Source: Octopus vulgaris
Taxonomy: Eukaryota
Reading direction: 5' to 3'
Length of the DNA stretch: 64,000 nt
Assembly (NCBI GenBank): GCA_951406725.2
Contig: OX597814.1
Span: forward strand, 155,868,001-155,932,000
Of the stretch, positions 13,701 through 28,171 are shown piece after piece (the first letter of the stretch is position 1; every line of letters begins with the position of its first letter). The position numbers were made by a program, and so were the translations under genes. The notes under the pieces are model-generated. The model worked only from the letters and a program-made list of their open reading frames with translations. It was not told the DNA's origin and ran no database searches.

Positions 13701-14829
13701 ATTTTGTTATTGAAACGTACTTGTCTTCAGGTTTTCTCAAATTGTATTTAATTAAAGTGATTCAACTAATTACAATGTCAAATGAAATAGAAATATCTAT
13801 AGCCTTTTGTGCTATGGTAACTCAACAGAATGCGTTAAAGATGGACGATGATGTAGATTTAACCAAAATTTACAGTATTCAATTGCAACATTTGATTTAT
13901 AAGGAACGGAGAAAATTGTAATTCTTTTCTTTCTTGAACCTAAGATTAATTTTTGTAAATGGTTGAAAAAAGAAATGATTTTTGAAAGATTATACACAAC
14001 TTTTGTAAGTGTAATTTGCAATTAAGCTATCTTGGAAACATATTTATTAAAGGCAATAAATTTAAATGGCATCTAGCCAGGCAATGTATTCAAACTCATT
14101 CTAATATTCATAGTGGAGTTTAGTTCTGCCATAATGTGAAAGTATTCATCGCAATCTATTCAAAACATATTATCTTCTAATATTATTTATCCAAAAGTTA
14201 GTGCATTTATATTTACTCATGACAACAAAACGTTAATATAAAGTTACCCTACTTATTGAAATATGTACATGTATTTCAACAATTTGATAGGAATGTATCT
14301 CACTTTATTTACACACCTAATAGATATTCTGAAAATGTTACTGTAATTTTATTTACTAAATTTACTTGTTCTTCAATTCACTAGTGTCATTCGATTATAA
14401 TAAATATTTTATTATATCAGTAACATTTTATTTGTAATATAGTTTACAACAAAATCGATTATGCGTATTAACAATGGCATAATATCGATTGCATACATAT
14501 TCACAAGACAAAAAATGTGCGGGGTGGGGCATAGTTGAGCATGTACTTTACTGTTACTGTAGTGAATACAGGACGACCTCGAATTGATTCAAATTCAGAA
14601 CGTTAAAGAAACCTAGCTCAATCCCGGAAGGTATTTTAACTATTGCTATTGAATCTGGCTATGATATGTTGTAAAATAGATCATCTAATGTCGTACATTG
14701 ATGAATTCTTCCGGCAAAATTTGGCAATATTTTTGCGTGTATGTAACCCCACACATAAGTTGAGCAATACTTTCTAAAAATCCCCTTTCCAAAATTTAAG
14801 ATGTTATCTAAGTCATGCAGTATTCGTTT

Positions 14830-14837
14830 CCGGAAGT
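14830..14837 (+). promoter_or_regulatory. ETS-type motif CCGGAAGT in a locally CpG-richer patch, ~150 bp before a GTAAGT donor (14987)
   Basis: Motif seen directly; promoter role is inference. Confidence 0.25.
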
Positions 14838-16027
14838 CTTATCGCAGTTTTGGCGGAGGAATTTGAATCATAACTGCTTGTACAATCGATTAAACCGCAC
14901 GTGTGTTTGACGTTGTGTTGAAATTTAGCGTGCGATTTAATTAATTGCATTTTAGAAAAATTCTGCTGATGAACTATAGATGTTGTGTAAGTAAAATCGC
15001 ATATTACATTAATAGCGAAACAATTGTCCAGAGTTAATCTATATTTTCGTTGTTTTTCACTTGCCTCGTTTACTTTAAATGTTGTGTTAATTCTCGTTGG
15101 AAACATTTTTTGTGGCTAATACCATAGCGGATCTATTTTTAGCGCTAGAGTCGACCATATAGTGGTCACTCTCTTATATTTATATGTATATATAAACATT
15201 ATATATATATATAAACATCATATATATATATATAAACATTACTATATATATATAAGAGAGAGAGAGTATTATATGTATGTATGTATTTATGTGTTTGTGT
15301 GTATGTATGTTTGTATGTATGTATCAAAAACAGGTTAGTAGATGTAGTCCTGAATAGCCATAAAAATCTAGATGACTATTAGTGGAATGTCATCAACCAA
15401 GTCTGATATACCTGATTAGGTTTAATCTAAGACTAATCGGCCTTAACAACAATAACCAATTAATATTCCGTCTCTTGGTGACATTGATTAAATATGTTGA
15501 TAGTCACTCATATGGAATATGTATTAAGCTGCTCAGCCAAAGAACAGAACCGGATGCAAATTCGCTATATAAAACTCTCTATACAGAACAAATTCTCTGC
15601 TAACACAAGCACAAAACACTATTCTACAGATACAAATCATTTCTAGTTAAATCAGACCCACTCTATTTCTTTTCATGATCTAGCCAAGTAGATAAGAAAG
15701 TTTATAAAAGGATTTATGAAGTCAATGTTAGGATAGGATATTTCTCCTTTTAATCCTACTTACAAGTGTAAGTCTTTTAAATCTATTATGATCTTTTCCA
15801 AATATGTTACTCTCCCTCTGAGTTCATCTCTTCTCTTTCTCCCTCTTTGTGTTTTCTCTTCGATTTGCTATCCCCTTCTCTCTCTCTCTCTCATTCTTTG
15901 TTTAATATTTTCTAGTCTATAATTCTTTGACACGTTTTTCTGCATGTACGTCTATATTCATTCACATACGAGCGTACGCAAACACACTTGCGCACACAGA
16001 GATAAACATCTATACATACATACACAC

Positions 16028-16090
<63 letters not shown>

Positions 16091-19000
16091 AACATATATA
16101 TATGCAACTATATATATTTACGTGTAAACATATATACATGCGTATATAAATGCATACGTACATACATAGGTATATCCATACATACATATGTGCGTATATC
16201 TGAGTGAGCATATTTGTAATTAAAGATTTAAATCTAGAAAGAGACTAACAATAACAGTGAAAGAGGAAAAAGATAAATGATTAGGCAAAGATGTGTATCT
16301 TTAGAGATAATTGGTACGGCGTGGTGTTATATTTCATTAATTCATATTTAGACGTGCCATAGCAAACATTTTTTTTACAGTTTTAGCATGAATTTTACTG
16401 CTTTCTATCAAAAGCAACCACGTCGAGTTAATGACATCTAAGCTGTCTCTCATAACCGCCGTTCATATGTGATTAGGAAATAATTAAATCTGAAAGCATA
16501 AATTATAACTTAATTGCTTTATTGGAAGCATTCTGCAATAAGTAAGACAATTAGTCGCACAAGTATATACATAATCTAGTCCCCTTGTTACACATCCAAT
16601 ATACACAGGAATGAACCAATAACTTCATTTTAGACATGTGGTACATATTTAAACATGTGATAAATTTTTCACTGACCAGAGAGTCTCAAATATTAGCTAT
16701 AGGGATATATGGTGATACAAGTTAATTATTACTTTTTTCCTTATTTTTATAGGATAACATGTCTGACAACACGACTCGTTCAACACTTCCAAATAAATAT
16801 AAGTATTAGTACAACACTTCAGTATTTTTGAAATAGTGGCAGACAGAACTTGTAAGAAAAGTGGTAGTTACAGCCATTGATTAACATTGCTTATTTCCCT
16901 AAAGTATAATAGCTGCCCGGCGAACAGTTCTGCCGGACAATTGCTATCGTTAGCCACGTCATTATTTCAAAATATATTGTCTGTAAATGACAAGAATATA
17001 GGAATGAATCTATAGGGTGTTTTAACCATGATACAAGATAATAACTATAACATAGAAAAACTATGTCATAGTTATTATAGTAACCTTGACCTATTTCAGT
17101 AATCAAAATGCAAGAAAACTGAAATGGTTCGATTACTGATATTGAACATTTTATCTTATATCTTACTTCGCGAGAAAAATCAACGAGAACAATCAATCTA
17201 GGCCTGGATGTCAGAGTAATTTTGCATGCTGAGTCAGCTAGCCATCCATACCCTCCTGCTCCTCATTCGTTATTATCATCATCATTATCGTCATCGTCAA
17301 TGTCATCATCGACTGCGATATTTAATGGTGTCCATGAATACCGGATAACAACATTTTTAGATTAATATCATGTATGACTTTTTTCCTTTATATAGATACC
17401 TCACTGTTAACATTACTGTATTATCTTTTAAATAGATACCAGAACGCACATACATTTCCTAGTTCTTCCTGTCTAGAGAAACTGAAAACTTAAACAAGGT
17501 GATTGCTATTATTTTAAAATTTGGTTGAATTGTATTCAACAATTTATATAGAACTGAAGTGATTTGAAATGAGAAATGATTATAACAATACTACGGAGTC
17601 TTTTAGACCGTCGTTGATATTTACTGATAGGCACAGAAACAAACAGACTAATACTGAAACAAACAGAACTGAAACCTAGTATATTGATATAACAAACGTG
17701 AGTAATGTTCAGAATTTGAGAACACTGGTTACAATGTGTATTGGTTGCAATTAATTGAAAGCTGTTGGTTTTAGTATGTCGATATGTTTGATTAGTGCAT
17801 GGATGACCTCTTACTCAATTGAGAGGACAAAATAAAAGACAGAGACGTCCAGAATTACTATCTTGCACGCTTAGAAAAGGGACAAAATCTGATTGTTGTT
17901 TACAGGCAAATAATAATTCCGCACATATTTCAATCATATCGAATCTCATGTGTATAGCATAGCTTTTTTAAGTCTGGACTTATTTCACTTTGCTGGTTTC
18001 AATCGACATTATTGATGAATGGTGACTACATTTTGTGATACTGTTTATTTGAGGGAAGCAGTAACGGTTTTCGAAAAAATACTCATTTAAAATTTCCTTC
18101 TTAACTGGAGAAAGAAAAAATATATAGCGTCAAATCAAGGCAACTGTCAAAGAAAAGGAGCAGATATCAAGAAATTACGAAGTAATCTCAAATTTAATTA
18201 ACGTTCTTGTTTAGGGAAGAATTTGATTTTGATTTTACTGAATTCATCAGCATTGTCTACTCATACATTGTGATTTTTCTTAAGCCCTTCACGAATTCAA
18301 CTAACCCGCACTTCATAATCGAGAAGCAGTAACCTTGTGGTAAGTATAAAGTATTACTGAAAATCGTACTGAAATTTCACTATATCAGAGTACTTAAAAT
18401 ATTATTGAAACTTCTTAATCCGTTCCCAAGCCTCAAGGGTTTAGCATCAATGATTAAGTTCGGATTATTCTACGAAAAGAAATATCGATACCTGTATAAG
18501 CAGCTAGTCAACTGTAAATAACTTATTTTTTATATTTCAGAAAGAAGAAAGATACTATATAAAAGCCTTGAATTATATTCCTTAGGTCATATATCTTCTC
18601 AGACAGATTTTCCTGCTGAAAGTTATTCGTAACTCTTTTTTACAAACAAAATGGGAAAATGAAGCAGATACAAATGGTTAGAATATTTCATAAAATGTTA
18701 GAAATATCAGACGGGTTTAGAAAATTGGAAAATATTTGTAGCCAGATTAATAGCGATTAACTTAATTATAATGATTAGTGGATAACGAAAACAAATCATT
18801 AAAAAAAAAAAGCGCCAGCTAGAATCCCTTTCACCAACAAGAACATGTATGTTGAACAGTTTATTCTACTTAATTCTAGCATCGGTGTTCGGAATGATGG
18901 TGGTGCATATGTAGCAAAGCTTTGGTTGCAGAGAAAGATACAGAAATAACGTTGATGTTTAGGTATACTGAATAGAATTCTCTAAGGATTTCCCTTTCGT

Positions 19001-19322
19001 TCTCTAAAAACGCTCATGTCGTATTACATACAATCTTTTCTATATATTAGCATTAGCATTTTGTAAATATATAAATTCCAGATTAATATGGGCATGCAAA
19101 TCATTATATGCTCCTGCTTTAATATTGAAATATTTACAATATCAAGAATTCATGCCGTGTTATTCAGAAAATTGTTATAATATATTCGTTGGACGTGCTT
19201 TCCCTCTAGTAATATCGCTTCATGCTCCGTTAGGTTTCTGGAGAAAACACTTTGAATTCAAGAAGGCATTATTAAGTTTAAAAGAGATACATTGCCATGC
19301 AATAATTTTAGAGGCCATATGC

Positions 19323-19398
<76 letters not shown>

Positions 19399-19590
19399 AC
19401 GTGCGTGAGTGTGTGTGTGTTTCACTATTGACCTCTCTCAAGATTTCTAACTCTCGACATTTCTCTGTCTCTGTGTATCTGAATGTGCGTGTGTGTGTGT
19501 CTCTGTGTGTACATATAACTTGTAACTTCATACGTGTATGCATAGGCTAAAAATGTCAAACAAAAGATACATCAAACCATGCATACACAC

Positions 19591-19642
<52 letters not shown>

Positions 19643-19992
19643 CTATGTATATAGATAAGACATTTTCCCATTTCTAAAATTGAAAAACACATAAACATTA
19701 ATGGAATATTTTAGATTGCAACAATTTTAAGCGTTACGTGAATGGCGTCTTAATGAATCACAACAGCATAGATATGACTATATACAGTCTTTGATTTTAC
19801 AAATGTTTTAATAAGTGTCGTTTAGATATAGATTAGGGAATCATTTTTAATATAATGTCAAAATATCTTCTTTTATGGATGATTAAATATTCAGTGATGC
19901 ACGTTATTAAAGCTGCGTTTTGCTATATTTCGCGAAAATGCTGTTTCCATTGCTGCTATCCATACAAGAATTGATATTACAATTGCTATCAA

Positions 19993-20129
19993 TATTATTA
20001 TTATTATTATTATTATTATTGTTATTATTATTATTATCGTTATTATTATTATCATTATTTTTATTATTACTATTATTATTATTATTACTATTATTGTTAT
20101 TATTATTATCATTATTTTTATTATTACTA

Positions 20130-20178
<49 letters not shown>
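19993..20178. repeat. (TTA)n microsatellite with internal duplicated variants
   Basis: Direct inspection. Confidence 0.95.
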
Positions 20179-20180
<2 letters not shown>

Positions 20181-20377
20181 GATTCATTACTGTTGTTATT
20201 GTTGTCACTACGTTAGCATTCCCAAGTGGAAACATATTATAACCATGGATGCACAGTTATGTATAAACTTTACGCATTGTTTGATATCAATATGCACACA
20301 ACATACATTTGCACAGATGCACTTACTCAAGTACACATATAAACACACACACACGCACACACATACACACACACACT

Positions 20378-20427
<50 letters not shown>

Positions 20428-20431
<4 letters not shown>

Positions 20432-20536
20432 CGTGACCGACCAGGTTATCAGATGTTACTACGCATCGCTGGTCACAATGCACTTCGCATTGTTTTAGCC
20501 TTCAAATGGCGCCACCCCGTTGGCTAAGCGAGCAGG

Positions 20537-20540
<4 letters not shown>
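20428..20540 (-). mobile_element. SINE family D 3' fragment between (TA)n arrays
   Basis: Reverse complement matches 34518-34635. Confidence 0.85.
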
Positions 20541-20576
<36 letters not shown>

Positions 20577-21704
20577 CATACACACAGACAAATAAGTATA
20601 TACATACATTCATGCATACATCCATGCACACAAACACATGATCGTTGCTTGATCAAACATTTTCAATAAACAACCGAGAAATAAATTCTAAGTGTCAATC
20701 TCTCGTGTAATGAACATCCAACTATAGGTATGTATTGAGTCCTTTTTTCAGTTAACATTCACTGTTTTTACTTAGTAACATTGATTGTCATAGTATATAC
20801 ACTTTGTAAGCCACTTACTATGATAATTATAATGTAATGACGGCAAATGCTACTCACCACAAATGTCTAATATAAATTGGTTCCTTGGCTATTTTAATCG
20901 AAATGCCATTGTTCCACAGTAATCACAATATATATATGTTAGTTGCATTTACATGAAATTGTTCACACGTGGATCACTGAGAAGGTTTCACACATTTCTT
21001 TATTTTGCATTTCATATTTTTTCTCTACAGTCTTTTAAGTGTAATTCCCGTTCTCTTTCTTCCTTCCTAATTTCTTTTCGTTCTTAAGTATATCTGAAGC
21101 AGTGAAACGTCGAGGTGCTGCATGTTTACCTTGCAAACTGTTCTAAGCGTTAAACTAATGCCCTGCTCAGAGTACTCTGTTCTTTCTGTGTTTCCTTTTT
21201 GTTTTTTTTTTATTTTGTATAGTGCATGTGCACATACATAGAAAAACTTCCGCACCCACAAACGCGTACGCGTGTGTGTGAGACTATCACATCAGTTATG
21301 ATTACTTGATGAGATGAACTCTCATATTGAGAAAGCCCAGTCTTTCTGGAAGTTTTGTATCAGATATAAAAGATTTCTAGTTGATGTTTAATATAGGCCT
21401 TAGACAATTCGAATAAAATTTTTCAAATATTTGGATGCGTAGTCAATATGACATCTATATCTCAGACGAGTATATGAGTGATATGAAGATAAAAGATAAA
21501 TATAAATTTTGGTTGAAAGTTCCAAAGACCCTATCACACACCAAACTCTTTCTTCATGGTCCCTAAAACAATTAAAGCCATTTAAATGTTCAAAATAATC
21601 ATAGTCTAGAACGCTAGTGACCCAGGTGCGGAGGTACATAGAATATCTATTAAGTATATCTAGTCTTTTAAACAAGTATATTTGCTTCTATTGAGGTTCA
21701 TATA

Positions 21705-21955
21705 GCGGAGATGCGTGACGCAGTGAATAGGGTGTTGTACTCATGATCGTAAGATTATGGTTTCCATTCCACAAGTGAGAGATGCATTATTTTCTTGAGC
21801 AAAACACTTAATTTCACTCTGTTTTACTCCATTCCGATGAGAAAACTCAGTCACACTCTGATGGCGCGGCGTCCCGTCCAGGTGAAGTGAGGTATGTATA
21901 CTTCACAGAATTCGGTAAATCGGACTTGTGTCTATGGCTCGGGAAGAACTTTTAA
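21705..21955 (+). mobile_element. Degenerate SINE family B
   Basis: CATGATCGTAAGATT...TTCTTGAGCAAAACACTT...GGCGTCCCGTCCAG similar to 57636-57885. Confidence 0.65.
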
Positions 21956-23970
21956 ATACTTTTAATCTCCTCGTTATTAATTATAGGTAAACAGGAAATT
22001 CAATATTTCCTTAATACGTTGCTCTGTGTGAGTTACAAGGTCACAATTATCAATGAACAACTATTCAAGAACTAGTTATAATTGCCTCAATACAGCTTTG
22101 AAACGATTCAGAATAGAATGAGTACCTGTGAAATTTTGACTTCCCACCTTTCTGGATTGCCATCCATTTCTTGATCGCATGTCAGTACGGAAGGTCTTCG
22201 TAAGCAAAAACAGCTACTCTGATCGGATGATGACACATGTCTGTGAAATGTCACATGCATCGTTTAAGAAAATTTCCAGTATCAATGATTAAGGTGGATC
22301 CATCTTTGGAATGGAGTCGTTGGTTGTCAAGGACCAAATATTTGTTGAAGAGGTTGTACATTGTTTAGAAGCATTTTCCGTCTATAAAATGCCAGTTTTT
22401 AATATTTGTGTATGTTTTAACCACTACAAGTGCTTCTTGGTCTTCACTTCTCGAAAGGCTAACTTATGTTGCTTCAACGACTTCATCTCAAAAATTCTCT
22501 TCTCAACAAATCTACATTATGCAATCTCTTATAATTTAATCTAGATGTTTCAGATCTCAAATATTTCAGAGTTCCATCAAATTAAAATTTGTGTTTGGAT
22601 GTCCTGACCTCCAAATATCGATAGACATAGTATAAACATTTGGTTTGAAGTATTTCCCTGAGCTATCAGACAATGGACTTGCAAAATCTTTTCAATGATC
22701 TCTGCAATTTAATTTACATATTCCTCTGTATCACATACTAATGCGAGACGCGGCATTCGCGATTTATCCTGGTATTGAAATCACCAGATACAATTTTGTA
22801 TGGAACGAATTGAATTTATAAGATTCTTGCAGAACAGTAGAAAAGATTCTTCCGTTGAGTAAAGAATCGAGGCATACACGGAGAAAAAGGGAAGGATTGT
22901 GACCTCATGGCAGTAGTGATCGAAGTTTAATGATCTCAGTACTCACACTGGATGACGATGCGCGCAACCTAGTTGCTATGTATACTTTTGAATGAAAAAG
23001 CGACATATATCGTCCAATATTTTTCTGCTTAAAGGCGAACCACAAAAGAAGCTATAGTTACAACATATTTGATGTATCAGAACTTCTCGTGACAATGGGG
23101 TCTTAGAAATATTGAATTGATTTCAGGCAAACTCTCCGGCAACAAAAGAAGCATTGCATTCAAGCTAACTAGATTGTTCGTCATCCAGTAGGTTTTGCAC
23201 ATGTATTATTGGACCCGCTGAATTGAACTGCCACCAATCGTGGTAAATCAATGAGATTGAGGAGCAGAAAATATTTATGGGGCATTTTCTAATCCCTTCG
23301 TATTAATATGGGTGAGAAGTTATCTCCTTAAATACAGTATCTTGAGAATAGTACTCAATTCTTGTATCATAAACTAGCTAAACAATGTTATAATATATCC
23401 CTTCATGCCTATGTTTTTTATCCAAGTAATGAATGTTTCCAACTCGTCAAGTCTGTATACTTTGCTAATCCCTCATCGTGAAAGAATTTTGAAAGGATGA
23501 TATTAGTGCTGTTGCTTTTTGAGATGTTTAACCCATACAATACTGTGATGTTAAATAGTACTAGTTATGAGAAAATATTACTCGTTATAAGAAACGTAAG
23601 AGAACTTGAAAGAATACCGCAAGACATTCTATCCGCCCCTCCATCATCTCTGTCATTTTGCAGTTAACCACAGTGCATGCCTGTATGTATCTACGTATGC
23701 ATGTATGTACGTATGTAAGTGTGTATGTTAGTATGTATCTACGGATGTATATTGTCGTCAGTCAATTTATTTTCTGGTTATTATTATTTCGTATTCTTAT
23801 ACGATATTTCATAAGTTAGTAACGGAAATGTAAAGGAGTATATGCGAAGATAGATTGTAAATATTGATAAGTATATATAAAAACAGATACATGAAACGTG
23901 ATATTGGAATGGCTAATGGAACAATCGACAAAATACAAAGAAAGAGTACGTACTTACAAACTATAGTAAT

Positions 23971-25727
23971 TAGGGCAGGTTGATTTTCCACACTTTTGTA
24001 GTTAATGACTTTGGACTAATCGAGATAGTGAGGGCTTAATATGATAATAACTGACAAAAGAATCCATCTCCCTAGCTTCAACTGTTTTTCGAGGAAACTT
24101 TCAAACACTTCAAAATGCTGTAACCAAACACTGCATTTTCTCTATTTTCGGTCGAAAGAAAAGAAAACGTTATTTGTCATTTGAAAAATCCACAAAAATG
24201 TTGCAACATTACTGAACATGAGCAAAAACATGTACAAACTCTACAGGATCAAATTTAGACAAATTTAGATACCAAAACCATCATAGACTTCATGCTAAGA
24301 GTCCTTAGAAGCAAAAGAAGGCCACATACGGCGGCTTTAGGCTTTCGCCTGAATATGTTTGTGCTTTGATTCGAGTATAGGAAGCTTCAGATGTCAAATT
24401 CACTGCCCTTTCAACACTCTGAGAATGTGAAGGTAAATCAGGTAGCTCCAGCTTGTTGCCATTCAGTAATGCTTCTTCAAGTTCCTGATCAGAAAAGTCA
24501 TCTGTGAGAGCAGTTTCAGATACCACTTTGACAAAGGTTGACTAATGCTGACCAGTGTGTGGCGTCAATGTTGATGTGTGTGATCCCCTTCAGCCCCTTC
24601 TTGGCTGGCTTCCCACTTCTGAAAGAATAATAACAAATTTAGTTTTTATTTCACTATAAAATTGGAGCGTAAGTGGCCGAGTGAATAAGGCGCTGGATTT
24701 CTACGCCTTGGTCTAGGGTTCGGTCCCCATGAGAACAGGTACAAAATATAAATTACGGTGCAGATAGAGAGCACTCGTCCGACAGATGGGGCACCCAGAC
24801 TTGCCCATGGGCAAGGTACACACAGAACACAGCCACTTACAACATTACTATCTTTCTTCCCTCATCTGCTTCACACCCACAACACGTTAATCTTCCATCT
24901 CTCGGATCCCGCCTAAGGGGTTTCAATCCACAACTCCTCCATGCAGATGTAGCTCTCCCTTTAACTGCAGAAGGGCTCCTTTGGTTGCTGACAAAAACAT
25001 ATTTACGCGATTTCTCCTGACCCTTCCACCTTACGTTAAGTAAAAGTCTGATTGGCCGTTAAGAGTGAAAAGTGGATCTAAAACCATTAACCTAACCTCA
25101 CTTTAAAATTTAATCCTTATTAGTGTCCAAATTTCTTATTTTAAATCAAACTTTGATTATAATAACAGTTCGATAAATCCCCACAATCGATTTGTTTTTC
25201 ATTTCAAAATTTATAAATGCTTACCTGATGGAGGTAATGTTCTTGGGAGCAGCTTCTCTAACCTCCAAGTCATCAGAATAACTTGGCGGTAGGTAGGATA
25301 CTCTGTTTTATCTAAAGGGGAAGGCTGACCACCGACATTTTTGGCACTATCACTTCGAGTTAATACTGCAGATTGTGTTTTCTACCCGTTTTTGTGAAAT
25401 ATTTGAAAATAATTTAATTTAATAAACATTTGATAGGCAAATATCAACAGACAGTATAATATAATACATCAAAAAACATCTATAAAGCTTTTAAACAATT
25501 TCCAAGCACAGTTTTGTTGAAAATGACAAATTTTAATAGGTTATTTTAATTAAGTTAGGTCTGTTTGGCTTTTTATGTATAAAATTATACAATTTTACAA
25601 CTTAAAAATAACTGAGAGTCCTCAAAACACCATCATTTTCATAAGTGTCTATGCAACGGTTTTTATAATTTAATATCTTTCTATCTAGACTAGTTCAAGA
25701 TTACTGTTCCAAAATAGACCTACCCTA
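23971..25727 (-). mobile_element. Internally deleted hAT-superfamily DNA transposon (hATm-like)
   Basis: Imperfect TIRs TAGGGCAGGTTGATTTT / AAAATAGACCTACCCTA; perfect 8-bp TSD ATAGTAAT (23963-23970, 25728-25735); transposase remnants LTRS...PTYRQVI and LPSHSQSVERAVNLTSEAS. Confidence 0.88.
24664..24740 (+). mobile_element. tRNA-like (SINE head) sequence inside the hAT intron
   Basis: A box TGGCCGAGTGA, anticodon-like TCT, B box GGTTCGGTCCC; acceptor stem does not close. Confidence 0.6.
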
Positions 25728-27969
25728 ATAGTAATAAACGCCGCATCTGTATGTTACCACTAAACATTTAGATCTACATAGATGTAATTATAATTATTTC
25801 CGAGAAGGCAGATCGGATGGAAGGTTTAAAACTGACAGCCCTACTGATGATTATATACCCAACCACGTTGTAAATACTTTTTCATTACCACGTAACCAGT
25901 CGTTTCAAATATTTCGACTGAAAATTATTCCTATTTAGAAACTTAGTAAACAGTTCAGCAACTACTTAAAAACTGATTTGAGGAGAAATAATTTGAATTG
26001 AATAAAACCTGAAAAGAAAATATTTCATATCAAAAGTTCCGATAGCCCAAAGATTCTATTATAAATTCTCAAGTGTTGAGAAATGAAATTTAATTTTTAC
26101 GCGTAATGTTTTAACATAGTGGATGATTAAGTTTTTAATCATGCATACGATATTTATTCGTCTACTTTTAAAAAGTTTGGTTTTTTGTTTATCTTTTCCT
26201 TTTCCTTTTGGCTTTTAATTGAGCAAGAGGTTTGAAATGACTCGACGACCCATAATGTCCAAAGAAAGTAGATTCGGATTATCGTCTTACGGTTGAAAGA
26301 GCTTTCAATACTTCATTATCATCAGAAGCAATATAAGCATCTCGCCACTAATGACACTTACAGTTTCGGCATCACAATTTCCCACACTAGCACTGTACAC
26401 TCATACAGCTTCAATATTATCACAATATTTTTCAAATCAATGAAATTCTCGGTGCACAGTCGTCGAACCTGTCAAAAATAGCAGATACAGCTCCCTCTTA
26501 AAAATGATTAAATACACTGGATAAAAAGTCATGAATATATATTCTCAGATACAAGATGTGATAGACTCGGCTAGGTCATCAATTGTACGATTGTAAATAT
26601 TTACGGAAGGCCAGAGTAGCTTAAAACGAAGGTTACATGAGGTGTGTAGAGCAGGAATGAAAGCAACCTTAAAGAGACGACTCTACACCAACATTTCAAC
26701 AACTACAAGCAGTGATGTAAAAAATTACTATAATAATTAGAAATATTTTACAACTCAAACAATGACACGCAAAAATCCCCAGAAAACAGAAAATTCACTG
26801 ATTTTTCTGGAACAGTTGCTCTGGAGAAATTACTCTGTCCCGCAATATTTACTACTAATACACGGCATATATTTCCCTCTTTCACCTCCAACTCTCGCAA
26901 AATGTGCTTTTATGAGATCTTAAGGAATTTCAAAGTAAGATACTTGTAATTCAATGATTAAACTATATTTTCATAAACTCCAAAACCGCCAACATACGAG
27001 AAATTATTGGCAAATCTCTCCCGAAATTTTAGCTTATAATTTTGGAAACATGATGCATTGAATTGTATATTCTTATATGTTTAATGTAGGAAAGGTTAGT
27101 TCCAGCTGAATGCGTAGGTTTTCTCGATAAGGGCTGGCCTGAGGCTAAAAAAAAATCAACAAGCTCATAAAAAGAAAATAATGAAAAGAATGTTCGCACA
27201 AACCAACTATGATTATTAAAATAGATATTTTGTACAACGTACGTAGAACAAAATATTTTCTTCCCTAAAAAATATAACCTACAAAGCTAGTATGTAGCCA
27301 CCGCAGTTAAATTACTGAAATAGCAGACCTGATGAAAAAGAGAGATAGCACAATAAACAGACACAATATACTATGGAAAATAAAACTAGCAATAAACGAA
27401 AAACGAGATGACAAAGAAAATAAACCATATGAAATCAGAAAGTAAGTACAAAAAAGCATAGAAAGTAATTATCAACGCCAACATCTCTAAAATCGCTATA
27501 TCACATCACACGTCATCACACGTCATAATAAAAATGTTAGGTATTACACTGGTACTCCGTCAGTAAGAAGTACGCGTTCTCAGGGAACATTTTTTCAACT
27601 ATTAAACACAAAATTCACCGCAAATTAGGTAATAATACGGACACGAAATATACATACATTTTCTACGTAGACCATAATTGTAAATTTTCATTTTCAGCAG
27701 ACCGCAGAAAACTAACACAGAATTCCTAAGATTCGGTAATCCCAAAAACCTAGCAAGAAACTAAACAAAAACATGCAATCTGAGAGAATCTCTCAATTTA
27801 CCAACATCTGAATCTACATTGAACAACACGGCAAAATCATGATACCCATAAAGCCAAACGTAAGTCCAAATGAGCAACAAAAGCGCATCAACAATGAAAT
27901 ATTCTCCAAATTTTGCACTATCACAGACTACATATAGAACACACATGCAAATTACCTGTCCAACGAAAT

Positions 27970-28018
<49 letters not shown>

Positions 28019-28171
28019 TGTATGTGTATTTTTCAATCAGTACAAATAACACGGAAAAAATAAATAGTTACCAGGGTAGGAAAAATTCACTTAAGTACCA
28101 AGGATGCTACAGCCTACTTATAAAGGTAGAAATTCCAGGGTTTAGTGAAATGTTTTTTTTATATAACATAG

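Noticed and set aside
22100-23350. Moderately complex region resembling decayed coding sequence
   Set aside because: No motif I could recognise in the frames examined; probably an ancient transposon, but unsupported
24664-24740. Possible tRNA-Arg(TCT) gene; likewise the tRNA-like heads at 7669, 34328, 48924 and 57636
   Set aside because: No closed cloverleaf or acceptor stem; the sequences continue into SINE bodies, several with TSDs
27940-27965. Minus-strand donor-like CAG|GTAATT
   Set aside because: The upstream 'exon' is microsatellite; no acceptor or coding signal
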